Shown here in pieces: positions 38,015 through 47,978 of a stretch of 64,000 nucleotides of DNA. The notes beneath the pieces are model-generated. The model saw only the letters and a list, made by a program, of their open reading frames with translations. It was not told the origin of the DNA and did not search any database. Source of the DNA: a virus (Duplodnaviria > Caudoviricetes); IMG/VR virus record IMGVR_UViG_2924263452_000001, positions 32,001-96,000 of that record. The stretch is one strand, 5' to 3'. The first letter of the stretch is position 1, and each line of letters starts with the position of its first letter. The position numbers and the translations under genes are program-made.

Positions 38015-38995
38015 TTAATTTTGATAAAATGCCTTTTCCCAAGTTTCATATAATTTCTTCAGATTAAATAACCTGGAATACATCGTTGTACCTTTTATAT
38101 TCGGTTCTTTTACAAGGATTTCATTTCTAATTATTGTATCAATATATTCCATAGGTGTACCGGATTTGTGTATTCTAATTAATCTGTGGCTTTCTGCCAG
38201 TTTTGATTGAGTAAGTTTTTTATATATATTACTCTCTTCATAATATTTTTCATAAAATTCTCTGGCAGTGCGCATGATCCTAACAGTGCTTATTGTGGCA
38301 TTCTCAGATCTTCCTTTTCTCAATGCACTAACTCTTGATCTTATCAAATATTCATTATCACAAATGCGTTCTTTTTTATCTTTTGACCTCTCTGATTCTG
38401 CATAATCAACGGATTCCTGCTCTGCGCAAAATCTACATAACAACAGTTCCTTTTGCGACACATGATAGTCAATTGGATATAAAGGACTATGAATTATCAT
38501 ATTCTCATAATCAACATCAGTTTTCTTTAAATTCATAATCTCTTCCGGTTCTAACTCAAGGAACATCAAACGAACTAACAGCTCATTTGGCTTTTCTACA
38601 CCATCGTTGTAATCTGATGTTATCTTATATACCTCAGAACACATTTTTTCAAATTCTTCTTCATCTTTTAAATATTGCACTAGAAGAGAGCGTGACTGGT
38701 TAACTTCGCTAAAATCTATTTTTTCAAAATTATTTTCCCCAACAATTTTTCCATTTTGCAAGCACCAATCAACATAACTTTTTAATAAACTCATTGTTTG
38801 TATAAGGTTTCCGGCTTTTGCTCCTGTTTTAAGATCCAAAACCGTAAGTATTTCATCCGTATTCATTTCACAAATATCTTTATTGAATGTTGATTCAAGA
38901 TCTTCAATGCCTTGGAAAATACGTATATATGCTTTATAAGAATTTTCGTTCGCTAATGTGTTCAAAAAATCTTTTTTCATTTTATCATTGTACAT
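38015..38995 (-). CDS. Integrase-fold repressor, SPbeta YopR (MrpR)-like
   Basis: MYN..K..FL.TL...IF...E...NKDI...L..Y.DW N-terminus recalls YopR; 326 aa; tyrosine-recombinase box I Arg absent (FLELEPEEIMNLK). Confidence 0.65.
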   Translation of the reverse strand: MYNDKMKKDFLNTLANENSYKAYIRIFQGIEDLESTFNKDICEMNTDEILTVLDLKTGAKAGNLIQTMSLLKSYVDWCLQNGKIVGENNFEKIDFSEVNQSRSLLVQYLKDEEEFEKMCSEVYKITSDYNDGVEKPNELLVRLMFLELEPEEIMNLKKTDVDYENMIIHSPLYPIDYHVSQKELLLCRFCAEQESVDYAESERSKDKKERICDNEYLIRSRVSALRKGRSENATISTVRIMRTAREFYEKYYEESNIYKKLTQSKLAESHRLIRIHKSGTPMEYIDTIIRNEILVKEPNIKGTTMYSRLFNLKKLYETWEKAFYQN

Positions 38996-40278
38996 ATAGC
39001 GTCCTCCTTTTCTTTACAAAACTGGAAAAAGTGTCGTCTGTTACCATCTACGCAATATTTTTTAATTTCATTATCTGTAAAGTCAGTATTTGCGATAATT
39101 TGAGTTAATATTTCTCTCCATTCAGGGTTTCCCTTTAAAATGCTGCTTATCATTATATAATAGTTAATCGCCAGATAATGAACTGACCATTTTGTTTTCT
39201 TTACCTTCGCAAAATTACTAAAATCACCATACATAATTTTTGTAAGATAATTCATAAATGTAATCAACCAGTCTCTTAATTCATCCTGATCTGCTTTTGT
39301 TTTTAACAATTCTACATCATAATATCTTGATATAGCCTCTGCAAATTCAATATATAGAATAAAGCCGCTTCCTCTTCTAAGTTCAACGCCATCTTTCGTA
39401 ATATTCTTTACATACAACTCATCTGCATCACTACTTCTCATAATTGAGTCAACAATCTTATTCTGTACAGTCAGCTTCATAGCATCTTTGTGGCGTTTTG
39501 GAATAGGAACAGTTGTCCATTCCTGATTTAAGATTCTTCTGGTGTCTGTTGCGGTTAAATATGTGAAAAATATACCAAATTTATCATCCTGATGTTTTGT
39601 AGATAATTCACACGCAATAGAACGATGATTTCCGTCTGGTACAATAATTGTTCCTGATGTTATTGTCAAAGTTTCATTATCCTCATTATAAACTGGAGGA
39701 TCAGCTTCACCGTCGTCCATCAGATTAAATCTTATACCATTATAAAAGAACTCACCGTTATTTATAAGATTTGCAATTTCTCTAGCACTTTTCTTATTTA
39801 CTTTTGTTTTTAACTCACCGTATTTATCTTTTTTATAGTTTCGCTGCAACTCAGGTATGATTTGTAGTTTATTGGCATTTTTCAGTTTCTTAATTTCGCC
39901 TACACTTAACGGAAACATATATTGATTATCGGCAAGCTTTTGTACATGCTTAAAAACGATTCCATTTTTATAACTATTATTATCATTTTCTGGATCGTAA
40001 TATTTATAATTCATAATTTCTGCTGGTTCAAAATAATCTTCTATTTTCCCAACAGTTTTTGATACTTTTGAGGCAGCATTTAAAATCCAATATAATTCTG
40101 CATCGCTTGCATCTTCAAGTGAATATCTTCCAGACAGCATCTTTAAGAAATCACCTGTTGTAATCTTATTGTCATGCATGATTTCTTCTTCAAGCTCTTT
40201 AGTCTTTGCTGGGCTAATACCCATAATGAATGATTTCACTTTTTCAATTAACTGATTCCTACTGTCTGTTGATTTCAT
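38977..40278 (-). CDS. DGQHR/DndB-like domain protein, SPbeta YopQ-like
   Basis: QRNY and IIVPDGNHR motifs; directly upstream of the YopR-like gene. Confidence 0.65.
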   Translation of the reverse strand: MKSTDSRNQLIEKVKSFIMGISPAKTKELEEEIMHDNKITTGDFLKMLSGRYSLEDASDAELYWILNAASKVSKTVGKIEDYFEPAEIMNYKYYDPENDNNSYKNGIVFKHVQKLADNQYMFPLSVGEIKKLKNANKLQIIPELQRNYKKDKYGELKTKVNKKSAREIANLINNGEFFYNGIRFNLMDDGEADPPVYNEDNETLTITSGTIIVPDGNHRSIACELSTKHQDDKFGIFFTYLTATDTRRILNQEWTTVPIPKRHKDAMKLTVQNKIVDSIMRSSDADELYVKNITKDGVELRRGSGFILYIEFAEAISRYYDVELLKTKADQDELRDWLITFMNYLTKIMYGDFSNFAKVKKTKWSVHYLAINYYIMISSILKGNPEWREILTQIIANTDFTDNEIKKYCVDGNRRHFFQFCKEKEDAICTMIK

Positions 40279-40300
40279 GCGACTACCCCTTTCTATATTT

Positions 40301-40339
40301 TGTTATCTTTAAGATAACATATTTTTCAAGAGGTGTCAA
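40301..40339 (-). promoter_or_regulatory. Promoter with a perfect palindromic operator over the -10
   Basis: TTGACA-17bp-TATCTT; palindrome TGTTATCTT-T-AAGATAACA at 40301-40319. Confidence 0.7.
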
Positions 40340-40362
40340 CATGAAAACAACAATTATTTCCT

Positions 40363-40644
40363 TTAGCTTATGTGGGTGCTCAATTCTTTCACGATTAAAT
40401 CTCTTTCTTCATCTGTCATTTCCAGGTCTTTTTCTCGAATCTTCAGACAATCAGTATCGTTTTTTACAATTTCGACGCTTACAATATCATGGATTTCGTC
40501 ATACACAATAATCGCCTCAAAATAAGAAGATTTATGTACAATAACTCCAAGTGCATCGCCAAAATCTACGTAATCATTTTTTGTGGATTTCTCAATAGCT
40601 TCTTTTACATTCACACACATGTTTTCTTGATAGTTAAACTTCAT
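40363..40644 (-). CDS. Small hypothetical protein, possibly SOS-regulated
   Basis: GAGGA RBS; downstream of the promoter with a LexA-like box. Confidence 0.55.
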   Translation of the reverse strand: MKFNYQENMCVNVKEAIEKSTKNDYVDFGDALGVIVHKSSYFEAIIVYDEIHDIVSVEIVKNDTDCLKIREKDLEMTDEERDLIVKELSTHIS

Positions 40645-40694
40645 TCCTCTATTCCCCTTTCGACAGAATCCAAGTAGTAGCGAAATTTTCTAAT

Positions 40695-40738
40695 CGAACG
40701 TATGTTTTTATATTACTCTTAATAACAGCATACGTCAA
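40695..40738 (-). promoter_or_regulatory. Promoter with a Firmicute LexA (Cheo)-like box
   Basis: TTGACG-17bp-TAATAT followed immediately by CGAAC-GTAT-GTTTT (40695-40708). Confidence 0.6.
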
Positions 40739-40748
40739 TAGAATATTT

Positions 40749-41993
40749 TCAAAATCTTGAAATTCTTGCGACCTCAATTAATTTTTCATTATTATTTTCT
40801 ACTGCCTCAGTAACCACAAGTTGCAAAAGTCCATTAAGATAATGACCAAGTTCAACATCTGGAACACCAATCTTCTTTAAATCATGTCCATTTATATCTA
40901 AATGTTTCAAATCATAACAATATTCACATGGATTTAAGCATATTTCTTCAACGATATCTTGTGCTTTATATAAGCACCGCATCATTAATTTGTCTGCATT
41001 TTCATCGTATATCATTTTTGCCAACTTAAAATTGATAGTTTTTATTATATCTTCTTTTTGATATTTCGATAATAAACGTCTTATATTCCCAACAGAATCC
41101 GTAATAAGTTCTTTTCTGCACTCCATAATATTACACACAGACTTTGAAACTTTGTTCGGGTATTTTATAAGAATATCAACTACTTTATGATAATTCTCTA
41201 TTTTAGCCATATCAATTAAAATCGCCAGCTTTTCGCATAAGTCATCACAGTTCTGAACCATATCTATTGTTTTATCCCACTCTGTTATATTGGCAATGTC
41301 TGGCATAACATATTCCAAAATATCCTGGTATTCTTTCAATATATCAAAGTTACCACTAATTCCATCTGTGCAAATAGTCTTTATAAACTCACTTTGCTTT
41401 CTTTCAATCGCAATATGATCGAGTAACCCCATATGCTTTCTCATTGCTGTTGCAGTGCTTTCTTCTATTTTAAACTTGAATCTAACGGCAAATCTTAAAG
41501 CCCTAAGAATGCGAAGGGGATCTTCTCTGAATCTGTCATCCGGATTTCCTACGCATCTTATTATTTTATTTTTAATATCATCAACACCATTATGTAAGTC
41601 AATGATATTTTCTCCGTCATAGGCAATTGCATTAATCGTAAAATCTCTTCGCAGCAAATCTTCAGCCAAATTTCTTGTGTAACTTACTGTATCAGGGCGA
41701 CGATAATCCGTATATTTTCCATCAACTCTATATGTAGTTATCTCATATGGTTCATGGTCAATTATTATTGTTACTGTACCATGCTTTAATCCAGCAGTCA
41801 TAATACGGAAATCTTTGAATATTTCTATTATTTCTGTTGGCTGTGCTGATGTAGCAATATCCCAGTCGTGCGGCGTATATTCCATAATAGAATCTCTCAC
41901 ACATCCCCCAACAATAACCGCCTCATGTTTATTTTCTTTTATTTTGTTTAAAATCATTTTTACATTACTTGGCATAATTATATCAAGGTTCAT
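40749..41993 (-). CDS. cca: CCA-adding tRNA nucleotidyltransferase
   Basis: VGGCVRD, DWDIAT, RRDFTINAIA, EDPLRILRALRF. Confidence 0.9.
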   Translation of the reverse strand: MNLDIIMPSNVKMILNKIKENKHEAVIVGGCVRDSIMEYTPHDWDIATSAQPTEIIEIFKDFRIMTAGLKHGTVTIIIDHEPYEITTYRVDGKYTDYRRPDTVSYTRNLAEDLLRRDFTINAIAYDGENIIDLHNGVDDIKNKIIRCVGNPDDRFREDPLRILRALRFAVRFKFKIEESTATAMRKHMGLLDHIAIERKQSEFIKTICTDGISGNFDILKEYQDILEYVMPDIANITEWDKTIDMVQNCDDLCEKLAILIDMAKIENYHKVVDILIKYPNKVSKSVCNIMECRKELITDSVGNIRRLLSKYQKEDIIKTINFKLAKMIYDENADKLMMRCLYKAQDIVEEICLNPCEYCYDLKHLDINGHDLKKIGVPDVELGHYLNGLLQLVVTEAVENNNEKLIEVARISRF

Positions 41994-42288
41994 AATTCTT
42001 TTTGTACACTCCTATCTCTGGTTTTCCATTTTTATCAACGATGTAATATGGAGATACAGACATACAACCATCCCAGGTATCATAAAAATACCAATACATA
42101 ACTTTTGTATTTTTATCATACACAAGGCTTTCTCTCTTAGTTGTATTATAATCTCGATGACTAATTTCTATAAGATCACCATAAACGAAAGTTTCTTCTC
42201 CATATTCATTTACAACTACTTCTTTCCCACATCCAGCAGTAGAAAACATAAGCGTTAATGCTGTTAAAAATACAATTGCCTTCTTCAT
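41983..42288 (-). CDS. Small lipoprotein
   Basis: Signal peptide with TAGC lipobox; YDKNTKVMY. Confidence 0.6.
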   Translation of the reverse strand: MKKAIVFLTALTLMFSTAGCGKEVVVNEYGEETFVYGDLIEISHRDYNTTKRESLVYDKNTKVMYWYFYDTWDGCMSVSPYYIVDKNGKPEIGVYKKNYEP

Positions 42289-42317
42289 ATTAATACACCT
42301 CCTGATTACTAAATCTC

Positions 42318-42346
42318 ATTTTACCATATATGTCATAATATGTAAA
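42318..42346 (-). promoter_or_regulatory. SigA-type promoter
   Basis: TTTACA-17bp-TAAAAT with extended -10 TG. Confidence 0.55.
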
Positions 42347-42369
42347 TATTTATTTCTTTTAACTGGAAA

Positions 42370-43530
42370 TTATTTCCAGGAACATTTAGTTCTTAGAATG
42401 TGTTCTTTATTCATTTCAACAAGTATTTCATAAGTAGCCTCTTTATCTGGCTGTTCTGGTAATGATGTATTTTCTGCAGCGTACTTCATCTTCTTTTCAA
42501 GATTATCAACCAACTCAAAAAATTCAGAACGATACGTCCCATCCGATTTTTGATATTCACCGTTACGAATGCTCATAAGTAAGTCGTGATCTTCTTCCCG
42601 GTATGTAATGATTTCTTCTTTTGTTAAAATATCAATACACATAAGATACAGTCGAACAAGATGCATAGCGTGCTTGTTAAGGTGTAAATCATCTTTTTTA
42701 GTATTTCTCTTACCCAGTTTGTCGTAATCTTTTACGATGGTGTTAATTTCATTCCATATATTCCTGTAATCTCTTAGGGGGTAATGGTGTAAAACTACGT
42801 CACAAAACATTTCCACTTCCATATCTTCCCTTTCAGAGACATCCGAATATAGCTCAATACTGCCATATTCAAACTGTTTCATATTCTCCATGCGGCGCAT
42901 TGCGGTATTATATTCACTAAATGCGTGCCGTAAAGCCCCATGATCGCCACAAAATGAGTATTTTATTGGTTCGCCATTGATTTTATGATACCGGCTCACA
43001 ATGTCCTCCATAGCATGTGTGATTGAACCCAGGATATGTTTTTCTTTTTCTGCTTGTGGGTATGAATCTCTTGCAAGCGCATTCTGCAGTCTGCGTAACT
43101 GGCTATTCGCATATCCACCAAAAGTTTTAATTGCCCTCCTGGACAAGAAGATTTTTCTGTTATCAAGAAGTAACTGCCCTTCTGGACTGATAATAAAGTA
43201 GTGTTCTGGCTTACATCCAAGAATTTCTATGCAGTTAGGATTACAAGAAAGCAACAAGTCAATCATTTTGTTCAATCCATAAATTACAGTATCGGTGTTG
43301 CGATCCTCGAACTGCTCAAACTCAATGTTTCCAAGTAAACTTTCGATAGGATTAAAAGTGATTCCTCGAATGTCCGTATCTGATGTAGCAATATTCGTAC
43401 CATAGGCGTGACTGCCACCATATGTAAGAAGAATAACATTATCTCCTAATGCTGGATCTTCTGTTAAAAAAGCATAATCCTTATTTGCCAGAAATTCCCA
43501 GTTCATGTTCTTTTCACTCATTTTCTTCAC
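42370..43530 (-). CDS. DNA polymerase beta-superfamily nucleotidyltransferase (RlaP-like)
   Basis: GGSHAYG..SDTDIRG, NPNCIE, KHAMHLVRL. Confidence 0.8.
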   Translation of the reverse strand: MKKMSEKNMNWEFLANKDYAFLTEDPALGDNVILLTYGGSHAYGTNIATSDTDIRGITFNPIESLLGNIEFEQFEDRNTDTVIYGLNKMIDLLLSCNPNCIEILGCKPEHYFIISPEGQLLLDNRKIFLSRRAIKTFGGYANSQLRRLQNALARDSYPQAEKEKHILGSITHAMEDIVSRYHKINGEPIKYSFCGDHGALRHAFSEYNTAMRRMENMKQFEYGSIELYSDVSEREDMEVEMFCDVVLHHYPLRDYRNIWNEINTIVKDYDKLGKRNTKKDDLHLNKHAMHLVRLYLMCIDILTKEEIITYREEDHDLLMSIRNGEYQKSDGTYRSEFFELVDNLEKKMKYAAENTSLPEQPDKEATYEILVEMNKEHILRTKCSWK

Positions 43531-43909
43531 TCCGTTCTTTATTCATAATCGGCTGCAATACATTTTCGATAAAGTCATCGGAAAGTTCCGGGCGATCTGT
43601 GCCGTTACATTTAAGCACAACTTCACAACCCCAAGTTAAAACGCCACAATAATTAAGTGGCAGATTAGTAAGAATTGCTTTTATCTCACCATAGAAACCA
43701 TCGTCATTATATTTCTTTTTATCTTCTGGTGTTACCCATCCCCAGGTACTTTCTCCACATCCATCAGCATCTTCCGGTGGAATATAGAATTTAATACATC
43801 CAGCCTTAAACTCTTCTTCTGATAATGACTCAATAAAATCGCCTTTATAAACCATACCACGTTCCTTGAACAGTTTCTTGATTTCTTCAATGTTCTCTGT
43901 ATTACCCAT
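43514..43909 (-). CDS. Hypothetical protein
   Basis: Operon context. Confidence 0.5.
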   Translation of the reverse strand: MGNTENIEEIKKLFKERGMVYKGDFIESLSEEEFKAGCIKFYIPPEDADGCGESTWGWVTPEDKKKYNDDGFYGEIKAILTNLPLNYCGVLTWGCEVVLKCNGTDRPELSDDFIENVLQPIMNKERSEENE

Positions 43910-44393
43910 TTCTTCTCTCCAATTCTTTATAGATATACTTTTTCATTTTTTCTTCAGCTTCCATCATCCACCAATATTTGCCGTATACATCTCGCACAGT
44001 TCCGCCACTATATACATAATAGTGTTTGAGTGGCAAATCCTTATACTCTGGCAAAAACAGGTCAACATGCCGCTTTACCTTATACCAAATAGCTCTAATG
44101 ATACGATCCTCGAAATCTTCTATCGGATTTTCAATAGGATAATACAATCGCAACTGAGTGCCACATTTCTTCGCATCATATCCAGATAGCTCTCTTAGTT
44201 CATCTTTTGCCGGACATTCATCTGAAATACCAAGCCAAAACCAATACGCCTCTACAGACATAAACTTTCCGTCTTTTGTCTCTATTTCTTGCCTGTAGAA
44301 ATTGCTCAACATGCGTCCAAGTTCTGTTTGACTCCCACTGTACACATTGATATGATTTTTGCCATCCATGTTCGGATCGAGTCTTTTCATCAT
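43902..44393 (-). CDS. NADAR-like protein
   Basis: LGRMLSNF...GKFMSVEAYW pattern of phage NADAR proteins. Confidence 0.6.
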   Translation of the reverse strand: MMKRLDPNMDGKNHINVYSGSQTELGRMLSNFYRQEIETKDGKFMSVEAYWFWLGISDECPAKDELRELSGYDAKKCGTQLRLYYPIENPIEDFEDRIIRAIWYKVKRHVDLFLPEYKDLPLKHYYVYSGGTVRDVYGKYWWMMEAEEKMKKYIYKELERRNG

Positions 44394-44710
44394 ATTACCT
44401 TCTTATATAATTCTGGAAGTGGTTGCCAGGCTGTAACAGAAGCTCCAAGATTTCTGCTATAACTCCACGAATTACTATATTCCCAATACATTCGCTTCAC
44501 GACAGTAACACGGTTGTTTTTCAATGACACCATGACCGTCACTTCTCTTCGTTTCTTTTCACTATCATTAAAAAATTCTTCTGGCTTATAAATTGCAGAA
44601 ATCCAACCATTTTCATCACGATATTTTTCTATCAATTCTTTATTAAAAATTTCTTTTCTCATAATCCCACTTTTTATTCCCATTAAATACTCTAACAAAT
44701 ACATGTACAT
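44390..44710 (-). CDS. Hypothetical protein (DUF551-like C-terminus)
   Basis: VTAWQPLPE. Confidence 0.5.
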   Translation of the reverse strand: MYMYLLEYLMGIKSGIMRKEIFNKELIEKYRDENGWISAIYKPEEFFNDSEKKRREVTVMVSLKNNRVTVVKRMYWEYSNSWSYSRNLGASVTAWQPLPELYKKVI

Positions 44711-45008
44711 GTGTATTTTTGTAATTTTCTATAAGTTCATTTTTATCCATTTTTGAATAATACACTTTCCATTTAGAATACACATCTTCTGGAACTTCAT
44801 TATCTTTCAATGATTCTGTAAATATTTCTAACTTATTACAACAACAATACTCTTTTGTATTATCATATTCTCTCCCACATATGAAAAATTCAGCACTTTG
44901 GTATATAATTTTTTCATCAATAGGAAGATCGTGTATTCCCATGTACAAAACGTATTCACCTTTATAGGGTATTTCTTTTGCCTCAATCACTAATGGTTTC
45001 ATATACAA
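44643..45008 (-). CDS. Hypothetical protein
   Basis: GAGGA RBS. Confidence 0.5.
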   Translation of the reverse strand: MYMKPLVIEAKEIPYKGEYVLYMGIHDLPIDEKIIYQSAEFFICGREYDNTKEYCCCNKLEIFTESLKDNEVPEDVYSKWKVYYSKMDKNELIENYKNTHVHVFVRVFNGNKKWDYEKRNF

Positions 45009-45159
45009 TTATTCCTCTTATAGTAATGGCGGAACAGAATAAATCCTGTTCCACCAAACATACTTTATCTTTTATGTTTTTTAGCTTTTGCAATACCGAA
45101 ACCAACAACAAAAGCTGTTGCGATACAAACGACAAATGCTCCGATATTTATAACAATCA

Positions 45160-45927
45160 TTATTTGTTACCTCGTCTACGTCTCATTTCTGCCAGAATAT
45201 CATCAGCTTCGCGATTTCTTTCTTGCGCTTCCATTCTACGGTTCATAGCTTCAGAACTGGTATCATATGCAATTTGAGCACCTGCAGCACGTTCTCTGGT
45301 TCTCTGCGCACCCTCTCTTACTCTTTCAAGCATACGATCACTTTCGCTTGAACTTGCACTTGCATTCATTCCCTCATGTAAAGAAATAATCTGCTGATCT
45401 GCTTCCATCTGGTAAACTGTTCTTTCTTTTTCTTCTTTGAGTTCATCAAGCTCCTGCTTAATTGCATTGCGGATTTCTTCCTGCTGTTCTTTTGCTTTTT
45501 TGTACTCTTCGATAGTTTCCTTTAATGTATTGATTTTTCCCTGAACAGTAACTTTTTTCATTGCATACTGTCTGGCATTTTCTTCATCACCAGAATCAAA
45601 GCAACTGTTAATAGATTTGTCAATCTTCATTAACTCTTTCTTTAAGTCGTACTGCTCTTTCTCTGCTTCATCCAGCTTCCCAGCAATTTCTGTATATGAC
45701 CGTTCTGCATTGCTGTATAAAGTTTCTTTTTCTCTAATTGCATTGTTGAAATAATCTCTTGCACCATCTGGTGTAGAAGCATCCTGTCTCACTACTTCTT
45801 CGGTTCTTCCTCTAAACTTGATTACAAGCTGCTTAAAGAATGTTTTATTGACTATTAGTGCCACTACTGCAACAACAACCAAAAGGCAAATACAAAAAAT
45901 TACTACGTTACTTGTACCTACTGTCAT
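45160..45927 (-). CDS. PspA/IM30-like membrane-anchored coiled-coil protein
   Basis: N-terminal TM segment and long coiled coil with PspA-like pattern; adjacent to the TerD cluster. Confidence 0.65.
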   Translation of the reverse strand: MTVGTSNVVIFCICLLVVVAVVALIVNKTFFKQLVIKFRGRTEEVVRQDASTPDGARDYFNNAIREKETLYSNAERSYTEIAGKLDEAEKEQYDLKKELMKIDKSINSCFDSGDEENARQYAMKKVTVQGKINTLKETIEEYKKAKEQQEEIRNAIKQELDELKEEKERTVYQMEADQQIISLHEGMNASASSSESDRMLERVREGAQRTRERAAGAQIAYDTSSEAMNRRMEAQERNREADDILAEMRRRRGNK

Positions 45928-45928
45928 T

Positions 45929-46507
45929 TTACGCTACCTCAATTCCAAATTTTTCACAGAGTTCTTCAAGCCCTCTTACAACACCCTCACCGATTGCGTG
46001 GAATTTCCAATCATTTCCATCACGATAAATTTCTCCGGCAATAATAGCAGTAGAATTTCCGAACTTTTCTTTAAGATCATATCTTGCGATTTCTTTTCCA
46101 TTCTTGTTATTAATAACGCGAATGTATGAGTTATCAACCATTCCAAAATTCTGCATACGGCGTTCTGCTTCAAAGATAGTTGCACAAAATACAATTCTTT
46201 CTGCATATTTTGGCAGTTTTTCAAGAATGACCTTAATAACCTCATCATCTCCATCGCCAGATCCGGTAAGATTATCACCACTATGTATAACACCACCGCT
46301 CGGATGTTCAAGGTTATTGTAGAATATAAAATCTTCATCGCATCTTGTCATTCCAGTTTTTGTAACAACAAAAGCGGATGCATCTAAATCAAAATCTCCA
46401 TCGTCATCGTATTTTGCTGTGTCCCAACCAAGACATACAGAGATTCCGTCTACAATACTATCTTTTGATAATGCAACTCTTTCTCCCTTTTTAAGACTTA
46501 CTGACAT
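45929..46507 (-). CDS. terD: TerD family protein
   Basis: [34 protein letters not shown]. Confidence 0.9.
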   Translation of the reverse strand: MSVSLKKGERVALSKDSIVDGISVCLGWDTAKYDDDGDFDLDASAFVVTKTGMTRCDEDFIFYNNLEHPSGGVIHSGDNLTGSGDGDDEVIKVILEKLPKYAERIVFCATIFEAERRMQNFGMVDNSYIRVINNKNGKEIARYDLKEKFGNSTAIIAGEIYRDGNDWKFHAIGEGVVRGLEELCEKFGIEVA

Positions 46508-46525
46508 GTTACTTTATCTCCTTCC

Positions 46526-47179
46526 TTATTTATATCTTTTTGCCATATCTGGAATACTGCTATCATGTGTTCCTTCTCCGATGGCTTTAAACTGCCACTC
46601 GTTGTTTTCATCACGATATAATTCACCAACAATAAGTGCTGTACATCTGTTATAATCATCTGTAAGATTGTAGCGACAGATTTCTTCTTTGGTTGCATCA
46701 TCTACGATTCTTGTATAACAGTTTTTAATCATTCCGAAATGCTGCCCTCTTACCCTGCAGTTATAAATATTCACGGCTACAACTAACTTTTTAATATCTT
46801 CTGGCATTTTCTTCAGATCAATTGCAATCTGTTCATCATCATTCCTTTTACCTGTTCCACCAACAAGGTTGTCGCCTCTGTGCTTAATGCAACCACTGTC
46901 ATGTGTAAGGTTTCCATAATAAACAATATCATCAGATCTTGTCAGACCACATTCTGCAACTTCTTCTGTTTTTGTTTTTGAGAAAAGCCCGAACAGCCCA
47001 GATGTTATTTTCTTTGAGATTTGTTTTGTGGATTCACGAAGTACGAACACAGAAGAATCACAATCAATACTGTTTCCATTCTGTGCCATATCCCATCCAA
47101 GTCCTACAGTTACATTTGCCAGTTTCTCTACTGCTTTTGAAAGATTTACTTTTTGTCCTTTTGTTAAACTTACCGCCAT
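46526..47179 (-). CDS. TerD family protein
   Basis: VGLGWD, GDNLVG, DDEQI, WQFKAIGEG. Confidence 0.88.
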   Translation of the reverse strand: MAVSLTKGQKVNLSKAVEKLANVTVGLGWDMAQNGNSIDCDSSVFVLRESTKQISKKITSGLFGLFSKTKTEEVAECGLTRSDDIVYYGNLTHDSGCIKHRGDNLVGGTGKRNDDEQIAIDLKKMPEDIKKLVVAVNIYNCRVRGQHFGMIKNCYTRIVDDATKEEICRYNLTDDYNRCTALIVGELYRDENNEWQFKAIGEGTHDSSIPDMAKRYK

Positions 47180-47196
47180 TCTTTATTTCCTCCTAC

Positions 47197-47763
47197 TTAA
47201 ACCCCGAAGCTATTGCAAAGTGCCTGTAAACCGCCAGAATATCCCTGTCCGATTGCATTGAACTTCCATTCTCCATTGTGGCGGTACAGTTCGCCAAGAA
47301 CCATTGCTGTCTCTGTTGAATAATCTTCTCCAAGGTCATAACGAATCATTTCTTCATTTGTTTCTTTATTCACCATTCTAATATGAGAGTTTGAAACCAT
47401 ACCGAAGTTCTGTAATCTTTCTTCTGCCATATAGATAGTTACAGTAAATGCAACTTTTTCAATATCATCAGGAATTTTTGTCAGATCAACGATAATCTGC
47501 TCATCATCTCCATTGCCTGAACCAGTGAGATTATCTCCCATATGCTGAACTGCGCCACTTGGATGCTTTTTATTGTTAAAGTATATAAAGTCTTTATCAC
47601 TCTTTACTTTTCCATTTGCACCGAGAAGAAATGCTGATGCATCCAGGTCAAAATCATCACCGTCATACTTATTTGCATCCCATCCAAGACCGACGATAAT
47701 TTGCTTTAATCCTTCATTTCCTTTTGTAAGATCCACTTTCTGTCCTTTTACTAAACTTACCAT
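47197..47763 (-). CDS. terD: TerD family protein
   Basis: [29 protein letters not shown]. Confidence 0.9.
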   Translation of the reverse strand: MVSLVKGQKVDLTKGNEGLKQIIVGLGWDANKYDGDDFDLDASAFLLGANGKVKSDKDFIYFNNKKHPSGAVQHMGDNLTGSGNGDDEQIIVDLTKIPDDIEKVAFTVTIYMAEERLQNFGMVSNSHIRMVNKETNEEMIRYDLGEDYSTETAMVLGELYRHNGEWKFNAIGQGYSGGLQALCNSFGV

Positions 47764-47781
47764 TTTATTTCTCCTTATTAT

Positions 47782-47970
47782 TTATTTTGTTTTACAGGAG
47801 CGGCTTTTTCGCCACTCCCTATTTATTAAATAAAACGAAATCGGATATGCCATAATGGTCAAAAAGATAAATGGTAAAAATTTTATTAGGCATGTTAAGA
47901 TTAATCCAGTCGCATAACAAATCAATGTAATATTCTCAACTCTCTTATGCTCTTTATCTCTTTTAACCAT
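47782..47970 (-). CDS. Small membrane protein
   Basis: Two hydrophobic stretches. Confidence 0.45.
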   Translation of the reverse strand: MVKRDKEHKRVENITLICYATGLILTCLIKFLPFIFLTIMAYPISFYLINREWRKSRSCKTK

Positions 47971-47978
47971 ATGATTTC

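Noticed and set aside
38015-38995. YopR-like protein as the invertase for the three switches
   Set aside because: The catalytic box I Arg and the HxxR pattern are not evident; the recombinase is probably encoded outside this window.
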